From Amoeboradix gromovi X-113 (taxonomy: Eukaryota; Fungi; Sanchytriomycota), in NCBI GenBank assembly GCA_018985225.1, contig JADGIF010000587.1, positions 1 to 6,345 of the forward strand: 6,345 nucleotides of DNA. The letters run 5' to 3'. Made by a program: the position numbers and the translations under genes. Below, in pieces: positions 1-6,345 of the stretch. The notes under the pieces are model-generated. The model was not told the origin of the DNA, searched no databases, and saw only the letters and a program-made list of their open reading frames with translations. Position 1 is the first letter of the stretch; the number at the start of each line of letters is the position of its first letter.

Positions 1-160
1 ATATGGCAGCAAGGAACATGTAAATCAGGTACATGCACCCTTATTCAATCCCGCCTCAGCGTAGTGAAAGCGTGAGCAATCACTGTAACGGAGAAACTAG
101 CATTAGTTTCTCTGTGGAAATTCTCGATTTTCTCGGATATCAGGACTTTTAACCAGGAGT
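1..160 (+). repeat. Diverged direct repeat, copy 1 (cut by the window edge)
   Basis: 1-55 vs 723-776 is about 44/55 identical with one gap; 115-144 vs 835-864 is 25/30 identical; the offset is nearly constant (722/720). Confidence 0.85.
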
Positions 161-419
161 AAGATAAAATGAATGAAAAAAATGAAGAAAAAGTAAATAC
201 ATGACAAAAACCACATCAAAAGTTACCGAAAACAATATTACATAGCCTATCAGACTATTAAACTGACTGAAAACATTTGTAAAATGAGCCAAGACCTCTC
301 CGAAGATTGCTTTACTTGATTTCACAGTTGGCTTCCAACTTATTATAGTTTCAAATATTGTCAAAAGACAGTCATCAATGTTAAGGAAAATCATTATGGT
401 GATAACACAAATTCTAGTT

Positions 420-880
420 TTCCTACAGACCATCTTTCTGTAGTTGTCTAGTTGTTAAAATCTTGTTTTTTATGATAATCTAGGACAAACGTCTCCAAAT
501 CACCACTGTCGGAATACTGCAAACCACAGGAGATCACCGGAAGATCCAAAAACACAGTCTCTAACATTCAACACATTCTAAATGCGAACTATCGTCCGAA
601 GAGAAGTGAAAGAAATTGGTGAAACGAAATTAACCGCTTGCTGCTCAAACGTGAAGAAGGCGCGGTACTCTAAAGGAAACAGATCTGGAGATCAAATTGT
701 AATTTAGAAGTGGATAAAAAACATATGGCAGCAATGCACAAGTACATGAAGTATATGCATCTTATTCGATCTCGCCCTTGGGTTAGTAAGGCATAAGCCA
801 CTGGCGTAAAGAATCAAGTGCTCATAGGTTTCTCTGGAAATTCTAGATTTTCTGAGAAACCAGGGTTATTAATGAGGACT
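420..880 (+). pseudogene. Possible LINE post-RT relic that contains repeat copy 2
   Basis: Frame +2 read through stops gives HLSVVV*LLKSCFL ... VSNIQHILN ... NW*NEINRLLLKREEGAVL ... MAAMHKYMKY..SRPWVSKA*. This loosely follows the L1 order LS..gr..liks / i...i..f / W..i..pk.eGGL / A...k. Confidence 0.35.
723..880 (+). repeat. Diverged direct repeat, copy 2
   Basis: Shares ATATGGCAGCAA, CTTATTC and TGGAAATTCT.GATTTTCT blocks with 1-160, in the same order. Confidence 0.85.
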
Positions 881-1007
881 CCCCCTCCCATCTTTTACTG
901 GTAGCTTTTTATCTTAATGGCTAATTATCAGTGATTATGTGGATTTATCGTAGGCGTTCTTTAAGTAAAAGTCAAATAAGATTTCAAAGTCGAACTCCGT
1001 GTTTGGT

Positions 1008-1469
1008 ATGGAATTGCAAGATGAATATGGACTGCGAGGACTGCTTTCAATAATGCGAAATTCAAACCCAGATTCACAAGCACTCACATTAGGAGCAGAC
1101 CTGACATCCTTGAGTTTAAATTTGAATGCACCAGAACCACTAGCCCCTAAATTGTTAAATGTGCTAGAAGATCCACCAATAAAAAGTTCCAGGGTACCCA
1201 TAGATGTTCTGGATCATCTACCATATCCTATTATGTCAGTGGATTCAAAGTTTGACAGGTATGACGAGAAGACTCTGCTTTATATATTTTACTCTGTTCC
1301 TAGAGATAAGCAACAGCTGGATGCTGCACAGAGGCTATCATCCATGGACTATAAATACCACAAGTCAAAGACTTGGGTACATGAAGGCAAAAATATCAAA
1401 TTTGATTTGAACACGTTTGATTTTCTTCCAAACGATTTAGATAGCGATTATTTAAATATTCCGAAATAA
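1008..1469 (+). CDS. NOT2: CCR4-NOT complex subunit NOT2 (Cdc36-like, NOT-box protein), 153 aa
   Basis: MELQDEYGLRGLL resembles the Not2 N-terminal FGL.gLl motif; LTLGADLTSLSLNLN matches the LG.DLt.LGLnLn motif; the NOT-box segment YDEKTLLYIFYSVPRDKQQLDAAQRL..MDYKYHK..TWV follows. The ATG at 1008 is preferred over the track's GTG at 999. There is an upstream in-frame TAA at 966, and AATAAA overlaps the stop. Confidence 0.93.
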   Translation: MELQDEYGLRGLLSIMRNSNPDSQALTLGADLTSLSLNLNAPEPLAPKLLNVLEDPPIKSSRVPIDVLDHLPYPIMSVDSKFDRYDEKTLLYIFYSVPRDKQQLDAAQRLSSMDYKYHKSKTWVHEGKNIKFDLNTFDFLPNDLDSDYLNIPK

Positions 1470-1484
1470 ACTTTAACATTTATT
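1465..1484. terminator. Paired polyadenylation signals of the convergent genes
   Basis: AATAAA on + at 1465-1470 overlaps the NOT2 TAA; AATAAA on - at 1479-1484 follows the small ORF stop. Confidence 0.55.
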
Positions 1485-1488
1485 GTAA

Positions 1489-1701
1489 TTAAAACATGTT
1501 TGTAGTCTTTTTTTTCTTCTTTTGCGGTTCCCTCGGCTCATCAATTACAGGTTTGCTGATAACAGTTTTGGTATAATTTCTCTTTTTAAACAGATGTCTA
1601 GTGTCTCTTTTAGGGGCTATCTTTGTATAATGCGCTTTGCACTTAATTATTTGCTCTGCCAAATTCAGATTTTCCTCAATTTCATATTTCAATTTGTCCA
1701 T
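1489..1701 (-). CDS. Small basic, Lys-rich hypothetical protein, 70 aa (MDKLKYEIEENLNLAEQ...PQKKKKKTTNMF), possibly nuclear/nucleolar
   Basis: The ATG-to-TAA ORF fills the gap between NOT2 and TAD3 without overlapping either. A minus-strand AATAAA (1479-1484) lies 4 nt past its stop, and there is an NLS-like KKKKK. No family recognised. Confidence 0.6.
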   Translation of the reverse strand: MDKLKYEIEENLNLAEQIIKCKAHYTKIAPKRDTRHLFKKRNYTKTVISKPVIDEPREPQKKKKKTTNMF

Positions 1702-1715
1702 GTTATCTCCCCTAG

Positions 1716-2555
1716 ATGCAATTTGTTCCAATTCGACCCGAACGAGAAATTGGTGAATTACCGACTTCTCTGTTCATGATTGCAATTACTACAATAAGTC
1801 ATATACAATCCATTTTAGATACAATCTCACCTCTTAAAGTTCATTTGAAGCACCTAAAAGGTATCCAGATGTTGAAAAATAATCCTAGTTGCTTTGATAT
1901 TCCGGTTGTTTCTCATGACATGGTGGCTATACTTCTTTGTCCTAAATCGAAGTCGGTGGAAGCAAAATTGTTGTTGGCAAATTGTACAATAAATTATTTC
2001 CGATTTATTCGATTGCCCACTCTTTCGCCAATGTCACTTGTCCAGTACGAAAAATGGCGGTATGTATGGCCCATACAATTCAAAGATAACAAGGATAAGA
2101 ACTACAAAGTAGAAGATTCAACTAAATTACAAGTTGGTATTAAAATTAAAGAAATGGTGGAAAGTAAACATATGGCATCCATATTCAACGATGACTCTTC
2201 GATTCTGTTGTGCTCTCGTGTCTTAGATCATATTTTTTACTCCGATAACCCGGATTCTGCAATTTTTAATCATTCTATTTTCAGTTTACTCTCAGCTTTG
2301 GCACAAGATGAGCAGACAGCGGATGTCCAGGATGATGACAGATATTTAGCAACTAAGTTGGATTGCATATTACTGTTCGAGCCTTGTCTAATGTGTGGAA
2401 TGGCATTACTGCATAGCAGAATCAAAAGGATATTTATTTGTGCCATGCACCCCAATTGTGGACACGAAAAGGCATTCACAGATTTCAACCTGCATTGTCA
2501 GCCTGAGTTGAACCATAGATTTCTGGTTTACAACGTGCTGACAGAGTTGGAATAA
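1716..2555 (+). CDS. TAD3: tRNA-specific adenosine-34 deaminase non-catalytic subunit TAD3/ADAT3, 279 aa
   Basis: Motifs in the expected order: N-terminal HLK(G) (consensus HLKR); P....Q..W..VWP; pseudo-active-site HSI (no catalytic Glu, as expected for Tad3); YLA...D.....EPCLMCGMALLHSRIKRIF; C-terminal LNHRFLVY. Confidence 0.95.
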   Translation: MQFVPIRPEREIGELPTSLFMIAITTISHIQSILDTISPLKVHLKHLKGIQMLKNNPSCFDIPVVSHDMVAILLCPKSKSVEAKLLLANCTINYFRFIRLPTLSPMSLVQYEKWRYVWPIQFKDNKDKNYKVEDSTKLQVGIKIKEMVESKHMASIFNDDSSILLCSRVLDHIFYSDNPDSAIFNHSIFSLLSALAQDEQTADVQDDDRYLATKLDCILLFEPCLMCGMALLHSRIKRIFICAMHPNCGHEKAFTDFNLHCQPELNHRFLVYNVLTELE

Positions 2556-2556
2556 A
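2551..2556 (+). terminator. Polyadenylation signal overlapping the TAD3 stop codon
   Basis: AATAAA contains the TAA at 2553-2555, the same arrangement as in NOT2. Confidence 0.5.
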
Positions 2557-2879
2557 TTTAGCTACTGGCTGCATCGTCTTCTTATAGCAGCAAGATTCAA
2601 ATTATTGTATCAGGAGTACGAATTACGAGTGCTTTTCTTCTGAAAATATATCAGGTTTTTTGTCTACTACCCTGAACACCTTTAGGAGTATGTCGGTAAC
2701 TTGTGTCACCTTAATGAGGCACTTTAACTAAAACCATAAAAGCAAAAATATGATTTGTTGGTAATTCACATGGGAAAGCGTAAAGCTCATTATCTCTCTT
2801 GGCATAATAGCTAAGAAATACATTCGTTACTTTAATCGCTGATGGCCAGGTTAACAAGTTTTGGGTTGGAACCTCGAGT

Positions 2880-3002
2880 GGTGCTCCCTTGAACTAATAT
2901 ATTCTGCTTTTCTCAAATAATCCAATAGTGAAAACATATGGGACATCAAATATAGAAACTAGAATAACTTTCTGAAATAGTTTGAATCATTATTTCAAGT
3001 GT
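2880..3002 (-). mobile_element. LINE ORF2 C-terminal relic, copy B (internally deleted)
   Basis: EIMIQTISESYSSFYI*CPICFHYWII*EKQNILVQG aligns codon for codon with copy A up to CPxC, then jumps directly to the W.iW..rN-like motif. Confidence 0.65.
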
Positions 3003-3031
3003 GTATTAACCGTTAGCAAATTAAATTAATC

Positions 3032-3410
3032 AGATTGGTTCAAGTAAATTATTTTAGTATAAAAGCTTTACATCCATCAAAATCTTGGAAACAATGATTA
3101 ACAAGAGGAAGAGAATACAAGAAATAAGTTATACGAAAGGTGTAAGAAGAAAAAGAAAATGGAACAGATAGTAGTGGTAAAGTAGTAGAAAATGAAAATG
3201 CACCTTTTTCTAAGACACTCAAAGACCTTACTTGAAAGAGATATTGGGTCATCTTGTTTTATTATAAAGAGGGGAATGACATTAATGAAAGAAGGACTTT
3301 TATTATTAATAGTAATGCTCCTTATGGAGCACCTATTTTAAAAACGGCTTGGTCTAGTTTTTATATTTGGTGTCCCATATGCTCCACAAGACATGCCTTA
3401 GTGAAGAGTT
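3032..3410 (+). mobile_element. LINE ORF2 C-terminal relic, copy C (opposite orientation to copy B)
   Basis: PSKSWKQ*LTRG...DLT*KRYWVIL, then a frameshift to KTAWSSFYIWCPICSTRH. Bases 3354-3382 match the reverse complement of 2934-2962 at 26/29 positions. Confidence 0.62.
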
Positions 3411-3516
3411 ACGTTTAATGTTATAAGGTATCTCTAAATTTTTTTATAGCGAACGATTAGACAACTCATTTGCATTGTTATGTATAACTTTTTCGCAACA
3501 AAGTAGTTTGTCCTCT

Positions 3517-4541
3517 TTAGAGTAACCGAAAATTCTCGAAAAAGTTTAAATTGGATTTTCCAGAAACTTTAAAACGAAATCCTATCCAAATACCGGTCTC
3601 TAGTCGGTATGGCCATTACTTATGATATGCTATATTACTGGGAAAACGCTTTGACAACGAGATGAATAATGCTCCCCAATTCTGACTCTTGATATTGTGT
3701 TTTGGGGCGTATACCACCTTTGAACAATCTAAAATGGCTGGGATTTTCACTGATTTATGGTCAAGACCGTATAAGCAATGCCATATCTTTTTTCTCTTTC
3801 ATCCTCAACATGTGGCAATGATTGCAAGCTCGTCTACCTGTAGAGCTTTATCTATACTTGAATAACTCAATCCGAACTGCGATACTAGTTTGTGCTCGGA
3901 ATTAGCCATCAATTCTTTTTATAATAAAAGTTTTATTTCTTCCTTTAACGTGCTAGGCAAAGATTATTTCCTGGGATTGATCTGGACATCACTTTCAGCT
4001 GCTATCTCTATGAATTGTTTAAAATAGATGAATTTGACTAATGGACTTCGAATGTACGCTGAAATACCAGCCCTGATGACAACCTTGTTATCAGATTCCT
4101 GCAATTAGATTTATTATTACTGAAAGCATTACTCAGGCTGGTTCCTTTTATATCAATAGATGGAAACATCAATGGTACTAGAGGTCAAATACAATTAAAA
4201 TCACTCTAAACTAAAACATCTTTTCTAAATTGATGAATATAATTTCAACTAGTTTCGTCAAAAGCATTATATCAATCCGAATGTGAAGCATACACATATC
4301 TATTTTTCTATACTTTTTTATCAAGTTGTCAGCATAATGTAGCCGGAAACAGTGTTTTATTTCTGGGCAAATCTACAGTTGCAATATCATGCCAAGAGGT
4401 TGGAATTCTGCCATTATTTAAGAAAGATCAAACAAATGTTGAATAGTTAACGACTTTATGAGCCAAATATTTCAGTTTAACACTAGAAGTGCTTCAAATA
4501 ATTAATTCGTTTTTAACGCGTTATAATTCCTTGTCTGGTAT
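3517..4541 (-). mobile_element. Degenerate non-LTR retrotransposon (L1/Tx1-like) reverse transcriptase and downstream region, with stops, a frameshift and internal deletions
   Basis: Read-through translation gives collinear LINE RT-like motifs: FLNNGRIPTSWHDIATVDLPRNK (G.iP..W....v..iPK), LFPATLC (RPIsLc), SD*YNAFDETS*NYI (D..kAFD.v.W.yl), SIDIKGTSLSNAF (v.vnG.ls..f). After a frameshift near 4100 come FKQFIEIAAESDVQINPRK (f....Gl.iN..K) and SQFGLSY (GGLG-like). The QG and YADD motifs are not found. Confidence 0.72.
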
Positions 4542-5269
4542 TTATTATGTATTTTAAACTATACCAAGTGCATTCTGAGCAAAATCTTGATTTTAATCAC
4601 AGAGATTCCATAGCGGACTATGGAATCGACATATATGTTGAGATTGGATTAATCTGACTACTAGGGCAGTTTGAGACTAGCACCATATATTTAATAAATG
4701 GATTTATTTATTCTTACACTCTGGTATGCATCTTTTTTGAGTAAAATGTACATTGCCACAATGTGTTTCTATAATATTCTACAATAAAACTTGAAAATGC
4801 ACCCAACTAATTGCCAGTATCATTTTTCCTGGATACCGGCAGAACCAAAATTGAATTCTGGATACTATAGACTTTTGCAATTAGCAGATTAACACTTCAG
4901 ACAGATGTATTTTAAACAGAACTGAAGAAATACGATTATACATAAGATCTGCAGACTAGCGAATTGCTAATCTTCGGTTGCGGCTGCCATTACAAGATGC
5001 AGCAAAAAAGCTACAGCACATGGGATTCCCACCCCGTCTCCGATGGCAGTACTAACCATGCCAGCACCTGCTTGACTTCTGAAATTTGACAGGATCAGGT
5101 ATTTCCAGGTGTGTATGGCCGTAGCTGATTGAAGCGCTCTTCTTTCTCTATATTCATACCTGACCCTAAGCTCCACAAAACCAGCTTTTCGAATGCTTTG
5201 TTCAACTGTGCTCTGGTTTTATAAAATACTTTATCATTACTTATCTTCTCTAATTATGTCTTGGAGCTC

Positions 5270-5726
5270 TCCATTTAGAATTTCCTTCAGAATATCCAAG
5301 TTTCATTAGTTCGCCTCTTACAAGAGCATTGGACAAGTTGGCCATTCGTGAGTTTTTTCAAAATTTGACGCACATCTTCATCTTGCAAAACATCAATATC
5401 CAAAGCGATGTTGTTGCCCTATCACAAGCTAACTGAAGTTTTCGAAGAACCGTATTGAGGTTCTGCAGGTGAAACCTTTCATAAAACAAAAGTACTTTGA
5501 TTTGATTTGATTTATTTACCTATTGTATATGTCTTCTTTGGTTTCTGAAATTTGTTCCTTAGATAATGATAGCAACTCATTCGATTCTTCCAGCTCTTTA
5601 GAAACTTATAGACCACCAATAAACTTCGAATGGGGCCATACTTGCGATAAAGTTGATGACTGTGTATATTCTTTCATGTAGCCTTACACAGTTATTTGAT
5701 AAAATATTGAAATATGAAAATCTCAT
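5270..5726 (-). mobile_element. Possible N-terminal relic of LINE ORF2 (start of APE endonuclease plus post-endonuclease linker)
   Basis: MRFSYFNILSNNCVRL...VINFIAS followed by IGGL*V resembles the APE start (i.s.N..gl ... ii.lQE). IALDIDVLQDEDVRQIL...TWIF*RKF resembles the L1 linker (ln..lL.d.....i ... W..fK). Same strand as, and upstream of, the RT relic. Weak motif matches only. Confidence 0.35.
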
Positions 5727-6039
5727 ATTCACATTATCAAGCATATTCTAGCAGTTCTCGGGGTGAACTTGCATTAAGGTTGCGCAGGAGTGCCTTCGAT
5801 AAAATCATAGTAGGTGCCCAGCCAACCAGTTCCTTCAGTACTCCTCGTTAAAATTTCTGATTTCCAAGAAAAATCAGATGACCAGTAAATGCTTCATCTC
5901 ATTCAACCATCGTCCTTCATCTTAGTTTGTAGGAATACAGCCTTCCAATTGATCTAGTTGGTACAACATTTTGGTAATCAAATGAACATTAAGACCTAGA
6001 TATTCTTTATTTGGACAAGTATCCGTTGTTTTTATCGTG

Positions 6040-6240
6040 GGACGCTCACTGACAATACTCCATCATTGACATCAGTGCATTCAAATGACGAGTTTTAGTG
6101 TTTTCTTTTCCAAATATTGACAATTTTGAAAGGTTCTTAGATGGATTTGACCATGATACATATTACAATTGGGACATCAAATATAAAAACTGGACTAACT
6201 TTCTGTCACAACTTTGAATATTATTTCAGCTTTATTACTT
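6040..6240 (-). mobile_element. LINE ORF2 C-terminal relic, copy A: CCHC zinc knuckle plus Trp-rich motif
   Basis: EIIFKVVTES*SSFYI*CPNCNMYHGQIHLRTFQNC (C-x2-C-x7-H-x6-C, 6176-6120), then LVI*MH*CQ*WSIV, resembling the L1-clade iW.iW..rN motif. Homologous to copies B and C. Confidence 0.68.
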
Positions 6241-6345
6241 TTATGGATTTAAGACGCGAGTGGACATTCAGCTAGTTGCGGAGTTGACGAGTATGAAAGG
6301 AGAATAAATAACTTTTTGTATCGAAATTTCAAAAATAAATATTCT

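Noticed and set aside
149-433. 94-aa hydrophobic minus-strand ORF
   Set aside because: No recognisable family; the hydrophobicity reflects the T-rich antisense of A-rich DNA that looks like a + strand relic.
91-861. Hairpins at 91-112 (9 bp) and 827-861 in the two repeat copies, plus isolated 6-8 bp hairpins at 3316, 5711 and 5856
   Set aside because: The stems are not homologous between the repeat copies, and stems of this size are expected by chance at this AT content.
935-1410. ORFs 935-1201 (-) and 1204-1410 (+)
   Set aside because: Shadow frames overlapping NOT2.
1522-1779. 85-aa plus-strand ORF
   Set aside because: Antisense to the Lys-rich ORF, overlaps TAD3 out of frame, and is listed from a non-ATG start.
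2270-2488. 72-aa minus-strand ORF
   Set aside because: Antisense shadow of the TAD3 deaminase domain.
1008-2555. Genome-wide stop-codon reassignment (Condylostoma/Parduczia-type code) in the host
   Set aside because: NOT2 and TAD3 have no internal stops and all 15 Gln are CAR. Only 3 Trp codons are available, so host UGA=Trp is disfavoured but not excluded.
3049-3252. 67-aa minus-strand ORF
   Set aside because: Antisense of the purine-rich relic copy C; no motifs.
4099-4120. 22-nt intron-like sequence on the minus strand (GTAATAATAAATCTAATTGCAG) at the RT frameshift
   Set aside because: Splicing it gives TTC AGA ATC TGA TAA and does not join the two motif-bearing frames.
4967-5176. 69-aa minus-strand ORF
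   Set aside because: GTG start, no recognisable homology, lies within relic DNA.
5496-5518. (TTTGA)3 followed by (TTTA)2
   Set aside because: Too short to call a satellite or LINE tail; expected in AT-rich DNA.
1-6345. CRISPR array, tRNA/rRNA genes or a prokaryotic operon
   Set aside because: No regularly spaced identical repeats or RNA gene signatures were seen, and both recognised genes are eukaryote-specific.

Overview
AT-rich DNA from a very compact eukaryotic genome, probably an opisthokont (fungus- or microsporidia-like); the taxon cannot be determined from the sequence. An intron-less core at 1008-2555 holds CCR4-NOT subunit NOT2 (+), a 70-aa Lys-rich unknown ORF (-) and the tRNA A34 deaminase subunit TAD3/ADAT3 (+), separated by only 19 and 14 nt. 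The flanks have no long ORFs. Hand translation through stop codons shows decayed L1/Tx1-like non-LTR retrotransposon ORF2 fragments in both orientations: a reverse transcriptase relic with collinear motifs, three copies of the C-terminal Cys-knuckle/Trp-rich region, a possible APE start and a diverged direct repeat. The most unusual signal is that in-frame stops in these relics are dominated by TGA, repeatedly at positions where Trp is expected, while the host genes use the standard code. This suggests either a context-specific hypermutation defence or UGA=Trp decoding or editing of the element. All protein assignments come from motif recognition by eye; no searches were run.
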